Program-made: the position numbers and the translations under genes | Assembly (NCBI GenBank): GCA_965206355.1 | Contig: OZ242212.1 | Coordinates: forward strand, 1,310,814-1,374,813 | From: Candidatus Spongiihabitans sp. | Lineage (GTDB): Bacteria > Pseudomonadota > Gammaproteobacteria > Arenicellales > Poriferihabitantaceae | Direction of reading: 5' to 3' | Length of the DNA: 64,000 nucleotides | Shown: positions 30,235 through 40,191 of the stretch, one piece after another | Layout of the letters: each line of letters opens with the position of its first letter | Position numbering within the stretch: the stretch's first letter is position 1 | The notes under the pieces: generated by a model | Databases searched by the model: none | What the model was told of the DNA's origin: nothing | The model's input: the letters and a program-made list of their open reading frames with translations, nothing else

Positions 30235-31113
30235 CTAAGAAGTGGTCTCATTTTTTCCTCCGTTATGGGTCCAGATGATATATACGATAGCGGTACCTGT
30301 GATTAGGATTCCGCCAATAAGCACTAATCCACTGGTCTGCTCGGCAAACAATATCCAGGCCCAAACAGGTGCTAAAGGAATCTCGATTAACCCTATCAAA
30401 GCAGCCGCTAATACAGAAACTCGCGTCACTCCCAGAAGGTAGATACCGAATCCGAATCCCACATTTACAAATCCATACAATCCCAACCAAATATAATCTG
30501 ACATCTGAAGCAGCGTGTGGGTCACAAAAGGCAGCACGGCGAGCGCACCCAGAAAAGCGGATAGATAGGTCGCTTTTGTGGTATTCGCTTTTGGAAAAAA
30601 TTTTGTGGCGACGGTCAATGCTGCCATGAAAAATGTCATTCCAAGGGCAAGGGCTATTCCCAAATAATCGTTCAATGCCGCATTACCAAAAGTCATGATG
30701 ATCATGCCTGACGCAGACATTACACTGCAAGAAATTGAAAATGCAGAAATTCGCTCCCTCAAAAAAATAAGCGATAGAAGATAAGTAACCAAAGGCATTG
30801 TGCCATATACGAATGATACGTTTGCAATGGTCGTGAAAAAAAACGCTGATATAAAGCAAATCATGCCTGCCGCAGACAAGCCTGCAATACAAAACTCCCC
30901 GAACGAAAAAACAAACAAATCTTTAGCTGATTTCTTTTTATTCATCATGTAATAAATAAAAAGAACACAAAGCCCTCCAATCATCGACCTCCATAGCAAT
31001 GTAGTGGGAATATCTGTTGTCACTACCCGCGTAAAAAGCCCTGCCGTACTCCAGGAAAGTGCTGCAATTAATATCAAAAATGGGCCCATCACATTACCCA
31101 TGATGTCCCCCAT
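30235..31113 (-). CDS. DMT-superfamily (EamA-like) transporter
   Basis: About 290 aa with ten predicted hydrophobic segments and a two-fold EamA-like organisation. Confidence 0.8.
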   Translation of the reverse strand: MGDIMGNVMGPFLILIAALSWSTAGLFTRVVTTDIPTTLLWRSMIGGLCVLFIYYMMNKKKSAKDLFVFSFGEFCIAGLSAAGMICFISAFFFTTIANVSFVYGTMPLVTYLLSLIFLRERISAFSISCSVMSASGMIIMTFGNAALNDYLGIALALGMTFFMAALTVATKFFPKANTTKATYLSAFLGALAVLPFVTHTLLQMSDYIWLGLYGFVNVGFGFGIYLLGVTRVSVLAAALIGLIEIPLAPVWAWILFAEQTSGLVLIGGILITGTAIVYIIWTHNGGKNETTS

Positions 31114-31433
31114 TAAGTTGCTTCAAAAACACACTTTGAAAGACACACATTGAATTTTTTACCTGCTCAAAGTATAAATTATAGTCGCTGTTATCTAAAC
31201 AACTTCCCGTTTCTTTTTTACGCGGCAATGAATACATTACTTTTCCTTTAAACCCTAAGTTTTTCCAGTCTTTGTTTTGTTATTCTATAGTTATCTTTTG
31301 CTTGGACATTTGGATTTTCATCCATACCATTATGGTAAATCACATCAATTTCATTAAGCTTGACGTTTTCCAGCTTCTCCGTTTCAAATTAGCACTCCCC
31401 CTGAAACCGCCTTGTAGCTTGTAATTTAACGCA

Positions 31434-32417
31434 TCATACAACATGTAACCCCCTTGTATAGGTCCATAACATATGGCACTCTGGCTGGTTATTGATAAGG
31501 GCTTGTATGGGAGATTGTAAGGCCAGGGCCTGGTGGGGTCGTTGGGTATGGTAGAACACCAGCCAATCGGCCATTGCGCGGTTGAAGGCGCCGAGATCGG
31601 TGAATAGTAAATCCTCGTGGAAATCCACGAAGGATTCCTGCAACGTGCGGTTGAAGCGTTCGCAATGGGCGTTCATTTTCGGCGATTTGGGGTAGGTCCA
31701 CCAATGGGTGATGTGACGGCGTTGGAGTTCTGCTTCGAAATCTTTCATGAACTCCGAGCCATTATCGGACAGCACATAACGGATCGGCACCGGGGTCAGG
31801 TCATCCAGCGCGCGTATCGCCGCCGCTGCCCGGCGACTACTGCGGGTGGTGGAAGCCCAGGCAAAGGCGAAGCGCGAGCATGGGTCGATGAAGGTGAATA
31901 TATAGCGGCGGATGCCATCGCGTACGCGCTCCACGGTGTCGCAGGCGAACAGTTCCATCGGCGTGCCGACGTACCCCCTGGGGCGGCGTGTTTTGTAGCG
32001 CTGGCGCACGGGTTTGCGCTGCCCGCGGGCATTCAGGCGTAGCGGAGCGTGGCGCATTTTATCCGGTGCGAATTGGATGATGCGACCGATGGTGGAGACG
32101 CTTGGCGGGGTGATGCCGTGTGATTGGCACCATGGCAAAAGCAGCACCGACAGGGGGAGTTTACCGAGGTTGGGATGTTGCCGGCGCCAGCGTCGCACCT
32201 CGGCTACCAATGCTGGCGACCAGGTCGGGCGTCGTCGGCGCTTGGGCGCTGTGGAGCGGGGCGTCAAGGCCTCTGGATTATCGGCATGCGCTTTGAGGGT
32301 TTGGCGCCAGCGGTACAGGGTGCGGCGGCTGACCGAAAAGGCCTCGCAGGCAGCGGCGGTGCCGTGGGTCTGCCAAAAGCGCAGAATGGTGATCCGGTGT
32401 TGGGCTTGTGGGTTCAT
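31434..32417 (-). CDS. IS481-family DDE transposase (rve integrase core)
   Basis: N-terminal HTH (AACEAFSVSRRTLYRWR) and an rve core with D..D..E context (FACDTV, LSDNGSEF, PKMNAHCERFNRTLQE). ATG 32417 (MNPQAQHR) is the preferred start. The stop lies a few nt beyond the left IR. Confidence 0.85.
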   Translation of the reverse strand: MNPQAQHRITILRFWQTHGTAAACEAFSVSRRTLYRWRQTLKAHADNPEALTPRSTAPKRRRRPTWSPALVAEVRRWRRQHPNLGKLPLSVLLLPWCQSHGITPPSVSTIGRIIQFAPDKMRHAPLRLNARGQRKPVRQRYKTRRPRGYVGTPMELFACDTVERVRDGIRRYIFTFIDPCSRFAFAWASTTRSSRRAAAAIRALDDLTPVPIRYVLSDNGSEFMKDFEAELQRRHITHWWTYPKSPKMNAHCERFNRTLQESFVDFHEDLLFTDLGAFNRAMADWLVFYHTQRPHQALALQSPIQALINNQPECHMLWTYTRGLHVV

Positions 32418-32539
32418 CTGCCCACGATACCCGATACGGGCAACGCGATAAAACCCCTTGATGCAGTGGCCGATGTGGTGGATTTTCACAGCATCTCCTC
32501 CGAACCCGTGGAGTGCCATATGTTTCTGAGCTTATGCAG
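31453..32539 (-). mobile_element. IS481-family insertion sequence (about 1.09 kb)
   Basis: Ends share an inverted repeat: CTTGTATAGGTCCATAACATATGGCACTC (from 31453) versus the reverse complement of the right end CTGCATAAGCTCAGAAACATATGGCACTC (ending 32539), with the inner 15 nt identical. The right boundary is independently defined by where the second partial copy (44723-44958) diverges. No target duplication was recognised. Confidence 0.65.
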
Positions 32540-32606
32540 AAATTTTTCTAAAGGGGACGCTTGAGCTTTGGGCTGATAAACCCCATCTGGCTGTCCGCCG
32601 CCAGCG

Positions 32607-33479
32607 TTATTCCGTTAATTCCGGGTCAAGTAATTCACTCAACATTCGTTTTCCATGTCCGTTTTTAGCGGCCTCCTGGTAAATCGCTCGCATGAGCGGA
32701 GCGAGATGCGGATGTTGATTTGATCCTGTTTTAATTTGATCCAACATATCGCAAATATAAGAAAAATCTTTCAGGGTGTTTTCGATGGAGAACACATAAC
32801 CGCAATAGTCTCCCAACAGCGCGTGATTAAGTATACGCTCCAAGGCCGAGGAGCGCCCCGACCCCAAGCGCGCCAAACCATATAATTTTTCCCAATCCGT
32901 ATCTAATGCGCGGGCGTAGTTGAAAGCCTCCACCACCAAGGTGGCAGTTCCCAGTGCGAGGAAGTTGCTAACGAGTTTTGCGCGACTTCCCGCCCCGACT
33001 TCGCCGAAACGTTCCACCCGCTTGCAAAAACACGACAACACCGCCCGTGCGCGCTCAAAATCGTTCTCCGCACAACCAACCATCCCACCAAGAGTCCCAT
33101 CATCTGCTTGTTTCACGCCACCGCTCACCGGTGATTCGACGTAGGACACACCGTTCCCGGAAAGAAGTGCGGCGAAGGCTATGGTGGCATCGGGAGGGTT
33201 GGTGCTGGTGTCGATCACCATCATTGAGGGGCGCAAAAAAGGGCGCAACGCCCCGATGACTTCACTTGCCGCCACGTTGCCGGTTACGCACAGAACGATC
33301 GTATCAGAGGCGTTTGCCAAGGCCTCGTGCGACGATGCTTCCTGTGCGCCAGACGCGACCAATTCTTCGATGGGCGCACGATTATTATGGGCTATGACGG
33401 TAAGTGCATGACCACTACGCAAAAGATTTTTCGCCATTCCCCGCCCCATAATACCGGCGCCGACAAATCCTGTTCGCAT
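32607..33479 (-). CDS. NAD(P)-dependent beta-hydroxyacid dehydrogenase family oxidoreductase
   Basis: N-terminal Rossmann motif GFVGAGIMGRGMAKNL and the 3-hydroxyisobutyrate dehydrogenase-type middle motif (ESPVSGG). ATG 33479 is preferred. Confidence 0.8.
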   Translation of the reverse strand: MRTGFVGAGIMGRGMAKNLLRSGHALTVIAHNNRAPIEELVASGAQEASSHEALANASDTIVLCVTGNVAASEVIGALRPFLRPSMMVIDTSTNPPDATIAFAALLSGNGVSYVESPVSGGVKQADDGTLGGMVGCAENDFERARAVLSCFCKRVERFGEVGAGSRAKLVSNFLALGTATLVVEAFNYARALDTDWEKLYGLARLGSGRSSALERILNHALLGDYCGYVFSIENTLKDFSYICDMLDQIKTGSNQHPHLAPLMRAIYQEAAKNGHGKRMLSELLDPELTE

Positions 33480-33492
33480 CCCAGGTCCCGGA

Positions 33493-34236
33493 TTAGAGCG
33501 ACCACCCGCCATCGACAATATTCACAGTGCCGGTGGTGAACTTTGATTCATCACTTGCCAGATGGATGATGATGCCGGTAACTTCATCCGCCCCGGCGAA
33601 TCGCCCGATGGGCTGACGGGCGAGAAATTCCGCCATTGCGCGGTCGTAATCCCCGGTATCGCGCATCCGCTGTTCCAACGAGGGAGTGCGAATCGTTCCC
33701 GGACATATCGCATTACAACGGATACCCTGGTCCACGAAATCCCGGGCAACGGTTTTGGTCAAACCCAGAATTGCGGCTTTGGTTGCGCTGTAGAGACAAC
33801 GGTTGGATACACCCTTTATTGACGAGGCAACCGATGCCATATTGATAATCGACCCGCACTGATGTTCCAGCATGGCGGGAAGGTAGGCGCGAATGAGTCG
33901 GAATTGCGAACGCAGATTCAGGGTAAAGGCGAGCTCCCAATCTTCTTCGGTTACATCCAGCACCGTTCCGTTGTGCACCATACCCGCGCAATTGAACAAT
34001 ATGTCGAGGGCACCGGTTTTTTGCGGGGCGGCGGATATTTCCCCGGCATCGGTTACGTCAAGGAGGAATATATGAATTGCCGGTACATCATCTTGCAAAC
34101 GCTTCAGGCCTGCTTCGTCAACATCGGTTGCGTATACTTCCGCACCTTCGTGCGACATGGCGATTGCGCTTGCTCGTCCCATGCCTTGCGCCGCTGCGGT
34201 GATAAGTGCCCGCTTTCCCTCAAGCCTTCCACGCAT
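33493..34236 (-). CDS. SDR-family oxidoreductase
   Basis: Cofactor motif TAAAQGMGRA, NCAG, and the catalytic YSATKAA (Y-x-x-x-K). Confidence 0.85.
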   Translation of the reverse strand: MRGRLEGKRALITAAAQGMGRASAIAMSHEGAEVYATDVDEAGLKRLQDDVPAIHIFLLDVTDAGEISAAPQKTGALDILFNCAGMVHNGTVLDVTEEDWELAFTLNLRSQFRLIRAYLPAMLEHQCGSIINMASVASSIKGVSNRCLYSATKAAILGLTKTVARDFVDQGIRCNAICPGTIRTPSLEQRMRDTGDYDRAMAEFLARQPIGRFAGADEVTGIIIHLASDESKFTTGTVNIVDGGWSL

Positions 34237-34263
34237 GCCCGCTTTCCCGATCGTTGGATTCCA

Positions 34264-35211
34264 TCACCGAATGTCACCTCGCCCCTGAGTGGCAAGGCGG
34301 GCGTTTGTCGTGTCCGACCGGATAATGGCGTGCAGGGCGGTTTGAGCGCTTTTGAGCGCTTTGCGCAGATCATGTTTTAACGCCGCATTCATTGCGCGCA
34401 ATGGCGGGCGCACCGTGCCGGACGGGAGTTTTTTCAGTGCACAGGCGTACTTCACCGATTGGGCAAGTTGGCCGCCTTGTTCCAACACCGAAGTCAGCGG
34501 CAACAGCGCGTTCATCATTAGTCGTGCTTTGTCGAAATCTTTGTCGCGCACGCACGTGTGGTAGAAATCGACGACTTCTTCGATCAAGAAATTCCCCATC
34601 GGCGTGATCCAGCTGGTGGCGCCCCAGACGAAAAACTCAAGCGCTTGATCCTCCGCACCGCAACTTAACTCCAAACGCGGAAATTCATGTGCAATCAAGT
34701 GAATGCGGTTGACATCACCACTCGCTTCCTTGATGGAACGAAAGTGATCATGTTGCCCGACGAGGGCGAGAAACTCCGCCTCCATGTTGACGCCGGTGCG
34801 TCCCGGATAGTTATACAGCATGATGGGAAGGCCGGCGGCGCGGTCAATCGACAGGCAGTGAGCGGCAAGCTCGTGTTGAGTCGGTAGTGAATAAGGCGGT
34901 GCAGCCACGAGCAATCCATCAGCTCCGGCTTCGCGTGCGGCCTCGGCAAGCGCACAGGCAAGTGGGGTGGTCATGTCATTGACACCACATAGTATGGGTA
35001 CGCGTCCGTTGATAACTGACTTGGCGAAATGAAATTGGCGCACGCGCTCCTCAGTGGAGAGGGCATAACTCTCGCCGGTCGTTCCACCGACGATAATCGA
35101 ATGCACCTTGCCGGCAATCATATATTCAATGATTTCGGCATACCCCGATTCATCAACGCTATAATCGTCGTTAAACGGTGTGATGATCGGCGGAATGATT
35201 CCTTTGAACAT
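34264..35211 (-). CDS. dihydrodipicolinate synthase (DapA/NAL) family lyase; candidate pyrroline-4-hydroxy-2-carboxylate deaminase
   Basis: GTTGES motif (VGGTTGESYAL), YNYP motif (LYNYPGRTG) and Schiff-base lysine context (SIKEASGD). The function is inferred from neighbours. Confidence 0.75.
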   Translation of the reverse strand: MFKGIIPPIITPFNDDYSVDESGYAEIIEYMIAGKVHSIIVGGTTGESYALSTEERVRQFHFAKSVINGRVPILCGVNDMTTPLACALAEAAREAGADGLLVAAPPYSLPTQHELAAHCLSIDRAAGLPIMLYNYPGRTGVNMEAEFLALVGQHDHFRSIKEASGDVNRIHLIAHEFPRLELSCGAEDQALEFFVWGATSWITPMGNFLIEEVVDFYHTCVRDKDFDKARLMMNALLPLTSVLEQGGQLAQSVKYACALKKLPSGTVRPPLRAMNAALKHDLRKALKSAQTALHAIIRSDTTNARLATQGRGDIR

Positions 35212-35334
35212 AGAAGTATCCTCGGGTGATTCGTGTCGGCTCTCAAGTCGACAACCTGTATACTATACTGCGGGGGGTCGGTCAAGGGGTGATTTACGAC
35301 CCTCCAAGCCCGTGTTGTCAAATGCACGCCACCG

Positions 35335-36105
35335 ATGGCTTATAATAAGGGGATGGTGACAATGAAAAACCCAATCGATACCAGGCAAAAACAGTGTAAT
35401 GACAAGGGCGCAGATATTCGTCGCCGTGGCAGTGGTGCGCAAATCGTCTACAAGTCGTTACGCCACGATATTCTCTGCCTTGAATTGCCTCCCGGAGAGA
35501 TGTTGGATGAGGTGGTGTTGGGCGAGCGCTTCGGTATGTCGCGCTCACCGGTGCGCGAGGCGCTCATCCGGTTGTCGGCGGAAGGACTGGTGGCGACCCT
35601 GCCGAATAAAAGCACCATTGTCATGCCGCTCAATATTGAGAATTATCCGGCCTACATTGATGCCCTCGACTTGTTACAGCGCGTGACGGCACGCCTGGCG
35701 GCGCGCTTACGAAACGAGGAGGATTTGCGCATCATAAATGCCAGCCAATCGGAATTTCTAAAAAACCTCGATGCCGGGGATATTTCCGGCATGATAGAAA
35801 CCAATCACGATTTTCATGCCGCCATCTGCGAAGCTGGTCGCAATCGCTATTTTAATTTCCTGCACGCCCGCCTGCTTGATGACGGACGACGCATGTTGCA
35901 TTTGTATTTTCATTCTTTCGGCGAACACGTACCGTATTCGATTCGCCGTGATCACGATTTAATTATCAAAGCGATTGAGTTACAGGACGAAGATTTGGCG
36001 GAAAAGTGCGCCCACGACCATGTAATCCAGGTTGGCAAGCGTTTCACCGATTATCTGAGCGCGCGCCAAACGCTGGATTTTAATCTCGCTCCACCCGAAC
36101 GATAG
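35335..36105 (+). CDS. GntR-family transcriptional regulator (FadR/FCD subfamily)
   Basis: wHTH (LGERFGMSRSPVREALIRLSAEGLV) followed by an all-helical FCD-like domain. The start is uncertain among several in-frame Met codons. Confidence 0.85.
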   Translation: MAYNKGMVTMKNPIDTRQKQCNDKGADIRRRGSGAQIVYKSLRHDILCLELPPGEMLDEVVLGERFGMSRSPVREALIRLSAEGLVATLPNKSTIVMPLNIENYPAYIDALDLLQRVTARLAARLRNEEDLRIINASQSEFLKNLDAGDISGMIETNHDFHAAICEAGRNRYFNFLHARLLDDGRRMLHLYFHSFGEHVPYSIRRDHDLIIKAIELQDEDLAEKCAHDHVIQVGKRFTDYLSARQTLDFNLAPPER

Positions 36106-36120
36106 TACAACGGTAGTACC

Positions 36121-37383
36121 TCAGCGCGGCGCAAACGGGGACAGGTCGAATGCCGGAGATGTACCGGAAATCAATGCGGCAAGCGCCTTACCGGTGGTCG
36201 GGCCCTGCGTCATTCCGAGATGGCCGTGTGCCAGGCCGTAGTACACAGCCAGATGCTTGCGAGATTGACCGATGACCGGCAGGGTGTCGGGCAACGAGGC
36301 ACGATGCCCCATCCAGCGTTCACCCAAATGCCAGTCGAAACCGGGGAGAAGCGTGTGCGCGAGTTGTTCCATTTTTGTGAATATGAGCGGGTTGGGCGGC
36401 GCCTCGATGCCGGCAAATTCGTCCCAGCCACCGATGCGTAATCGATAGCGGTCTCCGGATTGTAACGGCGTTGCCACCACTCCGCGTTCGGCAAAAACAA
36501 GATTGTGATGGATGGCTGCGCCATCGGTGGCAAGCGTGAGGTTGTATCCGCGCTCGGCTTGTATATTGTGGGGTTCGTTGAGTTGGCGCAATAGCGGCCT
36601 TGACCATGCACCAGCGGTGACCACCAACCGGTCAACGGTAAAATCACCATTGCCCTCACTGTGGATCCGTATAGGTTCGCGCTTCGCCGAAATCTTCCGC
36701 ACCCGGTCGCGGATATGAGAAATTCTCCCGGTGCGGCTTGCGTAGTCGAATAATGATGACACCACCCCCCCCGGGTCCGCGAGGATGCCAGTGCGGTGTA
36801 TCAAAACCCCGCCTTTAATGCCGGCTCCAAGGGCGGGTTCCATCTGCTGCAAGCGCGCACGCTCCACCTGCTCCACCCCGCCAGTGAGCGCAACATCAAC
36901 ACCACTCCAAAGTTTAAAGCCAGCGCGAAGGGTTTGGGTGCTCTCATAGAGTTGAATAGCCCCAGCGTCTTTCAGTAGCCTAGCGCATCCGGCGCGGTGT
37001 AGGAGTTCGGTAAAGTCGGTGTGGCAATGGCGGTTCATTTGCACCAGGGCCGAGGTTGCGCGTCGAAAATTTTTACGGCGGGCGGCGTAAACAAAACCGC
37101 CCAGCCACGGTAACATCCTGGGTAGATAGTGCAGAGGGATAAAGAGCGGCCCCATGGGGTTTGTCAGCAACGCTGGCGTGTTTTTCAGGGTTGCCGGCGA
37201 GGCGAGGGGATGGACGAGCGCCGGAAATATTTGTGCCGCATTACCCCTGGAAGCCCCGCCCTGGCCGGGCGAATGGGGGTCAAAAAGAGTGACGGTAAAG
37301 CCATTTTCCACGAGGAAACAGGCGGTGGATACGCCGACGATACCCGCACCGACGATGCCGACATTAGTCCCGTGATTGTTCAT
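36121..37383 (-). CDS. FAD-dependent oxidoreductase (DAO family; candidate D-hydroxyproline/D-amino-acid dehydrogenase)
   Basis: N-terminal GVVGAGIVGVSTA dinucleotide fold, 420 aa, with a DadA-like C-terminal GHLGMTQGPTTG. Confidence 0.8.
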   Translation of the reverse strand: MNNHGTNVGIVGAGIVGVSTACFLVENGFTVTLFDPHSPGQGGASRGNAAQIFPALVHPLASPATLKNTPALLTNPMGPLFIPLHYLPRMLPWLGGFVYAARRKNFRRATSALVQMNRHCHTDFTELLHRAGCARLLKDAGAIQLYESTQTLRAGFKLWSGVDVALTGGVEQVERARLQQMEPALGAGIKGGVLIHRTGILADPGGVVSSLFDYASRTGRISHIRDRVRKISAKREPIRIHSEGNGDFTVDRLVVTAGAWSRPLLRQLNEPHNIQAERGYNLTLATDGAAIHHNLVFAERGVVATPLQSGDRYRLRIGGWDEFAGIEAPPNPLIFTKMEQLAHTLLPGFDWHLGERWMGHRASLPDTLPVIGQSRKHLAVYYGLAHGHLGMTQGPTTGKALAALISGTSPAFDLSPFAPR

Positions 37384-37389
37384 GGATAT

Positions 37390-38424
37390 CTACTGTAGCA
37401 GGTCGAACGCATCGCCCCAGCAGTCGGAAAGAAGATAGCCTTGCGGATACGGATCGGTGGGGTCAACGCCGATTTGGTGAATCCCATAGATCCACCCACG
37501 CCCACTGATGCGCGTGAGGACGGCGGTTTTCCCACCGACAGTGCTCTCCCCGTACAGTTCGACATCAAACTGCCCGCCGGTGATGGAATTCGCTACGATT
37601 TTATCGCCAACCTTAGCCTCCCTGTAAGCATGACGCACCGCCATTCGTGCGGCATTTCCGGTGCCACACGGTGAACGATCAATGCGACCGGGTGGCAGAA
37701 TGGTTGCGCCGGTCAGTTCGCCATCCTCAGTGGTGTCAACGAACATCATGTAAGCAAGCGAATTGATGGAGGGAATTTCGGGATGGCAAATAGTGACGGT
37801 ATTTCGTAACGCCCGATGGATGCGACAACCGGCATCGACCAAAGCGCGTGCCTGTTCCGGGACGATCTTCAGTTTTAAGTTACGTGGGTTGATGAAGGCG
37901 TAATAAACGCCGCCGAAAGCGATGTCCACCGAAATTTCCCCCAATCCCGGCACATTCACTTCGACATCCAATGCTTCGACGAAAGCGGGGGGCATATCAA
38001 GGAGCACGCGGACGCATTTCCCGCCCTGACATTGCGCACGCGCAGTGACTAACCCGGCGGCGGTGTCAAGGCGGACGATGGTTTCGGGCTCCTTCATTTC
38101 GACCATCCCGGTTTCAAGAAGGACGGTCACCACACAAATTGCATTGGAGCCCGACATTGCGTGCGCCTTGTCGCTTTGCAGAATGATGAACCCGACATCC
38201 GCGTCGGCGCGCGTCGGCGCGAAGACAAGGTTGGTGCTCATCTGTGCCTGACCGCGAGGCTCAAACACGCAAAACCGACGAAGCGAGTCACTTGTGTTGT
38301 TGAGGTAATCCATTTTTTCGGCCATGGTCGATCCGGGTACATCCACCACCCCGCCGGTGATTACGCGCCCAACCTCACCTTCGGCATGGGCTTCAATCAT
38401 GGTTAGTGTTTTACGCCACCTCAT
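37390..38424 (-). CDS. proline racemase-superfamily enzyme (hydroxyproline epimerase/dehydratase type)
   Basis: IEAHAEGEVGRV, DRSPCGTGNAARMA (second catalytic Cys motif). The first catalytic site reads AMSGSNAI, i.e. Ser where racemases/epimerases have Cys (by-eye alignment). Confidence 0.8.
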   Translation of the reverse strand: MRWRKTLTMIEAHAEGEVGRVITGGVVDVPGSTMAEKMDYLNNTSDSLRRFCVFEPRGQAQMSTNLVFAPTRADADVGFIILQSDKAHAMSGSNAICVVTVLLETGMVEMKEPETIVRLDTAAGLVTARAQCQGGKCVRVLLDMPPAFVEALDVEVNVPGLGEISVDIAFGGVYYAFINPRNLKLKIVPEQARALVDAGCRIHRALRNTVTICHPEIPSINSLAYMMFVDTTEDGELTGATILPPGRIDRSPCGTGNAARMAVRHAYREAKVGDKIVANSITGGQFDVELYGESTVGGKTAVLTRISGRGWIYGIHQIGVDPTDPYPQGYLLSDCWGDAFDLLQ

Positions 38425-38639
38425 TGGCAGGAACCCCCAATTCCCCTCAAGTTGGTCCGTGATTTCGGTATTTTACAGCAATTTTTTGTAAATACTTGTT
38501 GTCGACAATAAGTATTTGTGCTATGTATAGGGGGCGGCATTTGCCGCCGGGCCATAATGGCGCTGGTACGTTCTCTCGGCCAACGTCTTTGGGTAATGTA
38601 CAAACGCGAATATAAATTGACCATGTGCAGGAGGAAATC

Positions 38640-39455
38640 ATGATTCTGTCCAAGATTGTTACACCAGTGCTCATCGCTTTTTCAGTTTCGTTACTGGCGA
38701 CCGGCGTGAGCCGTGCCGACAAAGTAGATGATGTTATTAACGCCGGCGTCGTACGTTGTGGTGTTGTGCTTGACTTTCCGCCCATCGGCTATCGTGACGC
38801 CAACAATGAGCCCGCTGGATTCGATGTTGAATACTGCAAGGATCTGGCCAAGGCACTCGATGTTGAATATAAAATTCTGCCGGTTACCTGGGCGGAACGC
38901 CTGCCAGTGATTGTGACTAATCGCGCTGACGTTGTTTTTGGCGGTACCTCTGACTCGCTTGAACGAGCCAAAACAGTCGGTTTCACCATTCCATATGCTA
39001 TCTACTATGCCCAGGCTGTAGTCGGTAAAGATACCGGAATCACCCGCTTTGAGGACATGAAAGGCAAGCGTATCGCTGCTGCCGTTGGAACCGTCCCGGA
39101 GCAGGAGTTTTTGAAATACGCCAAGCGCTGGGGAACCGAAAACCTTTACCAGGGCTATCAAAGCGAAAACGAAGTTTTCCTTGCGGTTGCCCAAGGCAAA
39201 GCGGATGCTGGAATCACCACCAACACGGCGGTCAAACCGATTGCTGAGCGCTATGAGACGGTGATCGCTGGCCCACGGATGCCGTGGACCACCGACTATA
39301 CCTCGGTAGTGGGACCACGTAAGGATGTTGCCTGGCTTAATTACCTCAATCTGTTTATCACCCACCAAGTGCGTTCCGGGCGGTATCAGGAACTGTGGTC
39401 GCGGTTTGTCGGTAGTGAGGGCCCGGAATTGCGCGTTCCGGGAGTAATGTACTAG
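38640..39455 (+). CDS. amino-acid ABC transporter substrate-binding protein (family 3 SBP)
   Basis: AGGAGG upstream of ATG 38640, a signal peptide, and a polar-amino-acid SBP-type sequence (GFDVEYCKDLAKAL). Confidence 0.85.
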   Translation: MILSKIVTPVLIAFSVSLLATGVSRADKVDDVINAGVVRCGVVLDFPPIGYRDANNEPAGFDVEYCKDLAKALDVEYKILPVTWAERLPVIVTNRADVVFGGTSDSLERAKTVGFTIPYAIYYAQAVVGKDTGITRFEDMKGKRIAAAVGTVPEQEFLKYAKRWGTENLYQGYQSENEVFLAVAQGKADAGITTNTAVKPIAERYETVIAGPRMPWTTDYTSVVGPRKDVAWLNYLNLFITHQVRSGRYQELWSRFVGSEGPELRVPGVMY

Positions 39456-39522
39456 GCTATCGGGCAAGTGAAATTGGACGGGGCGGACATCGCCGCCCCG
39501 AACACAGCCTAGCGTATCGTTC

Positions 39523-40182
39523 GTGGATTACACTTTCCATTGGCGCCCGGTTTTTCGAGAATTGCCGGAGTTGTTGGGCGCGGGCCTTCTCACCATGGAG
39601 GTCGCCATCTTGTCTATGATTGCCGGCACATTCATCGGCCTTGCGCTCGCGCTTTGCCGTATGAACGGCCCGCGGATTTTACGATGGATGGCCATCTCCT
39701 GGATTGAACTTGCGCGCAATACTCCGGCTATTTTTCAGCTATTCTTTTTTGCTTTTGGCATCGGCGCCTTCGGCATTCACCTCGCCCCGTATACGATTGT
39801 CCTGATGGGACTTTCTTTTAATAACGCCGGCTACCTCGCCGAAAATTTTCGCGGCGGATTCAAGGCGATACCGACGGTGCAGATTCACGCTGCCCGCTCG
39901 CTCGGTATGTCGGCAACCCAGGCATATGTGCGCATAGTCATTCCACAATTATTCCGTATCGTTTACTACCCGATGACCAATCAAATGGTATGGGCGGTAT
40001 TGATGAGTTCGCTTGGCATGCTGGTGGGATTTCGTGAATTATCCGGCGAGACTCAATTTTTCGCTTCGCGGACGTTTCGCATCTTCGAATACTTCGCCGT
40101 GACTGCGGTCATTTACTACGTGATCGTCAAATTGATCTTGGGTGCCTCTCGCCTCGTCGCATGGCGCATCTTTCGTTATTGA
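39523..40182 (+). CDS. amino-acid ABC transporter permease
   Basis: His/Glu/Gln/Arg-type permease with an EAA-loop-like segment (AARSLGMSATQAYVRIVIPQ). Confidence 0.85.
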   Translation: MDYTFHWRPVFRELPELLGAGLLTMEVAILSMIAGTFIGLALALCRMNGPRILRWMAISWIELARNTPAIFQLFFFAFGIGAFGIHLAPYTIVLMGLSFNNAGYLAENFRGGFKAIPTVQIHAARSLGMSATQAYVRIVIPQLFRIVYYPMTNQMVWAVLMSSLGMLVGFRELSGETQFFASRTFRIFEYFAVTAVIYYVIVKLILGASRLVAWRIFRY

Positions 40183-40191
40183 GGGCTGAAG

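Noticed and set aside
31261-31386. Minus-strand reading frame ...FETEKLENVKLNEIDVIYHNGMDENPNVQAKDNYRITKQRLEKLRV-stop, possibly the 3' remnant of a gene cut by the IS481 insertion
   Set aside because: It is preceded in frame by a stop codon, has no start or SD, and I cannot assign the peptide to any family. Noted only as possible debris next to the IS.
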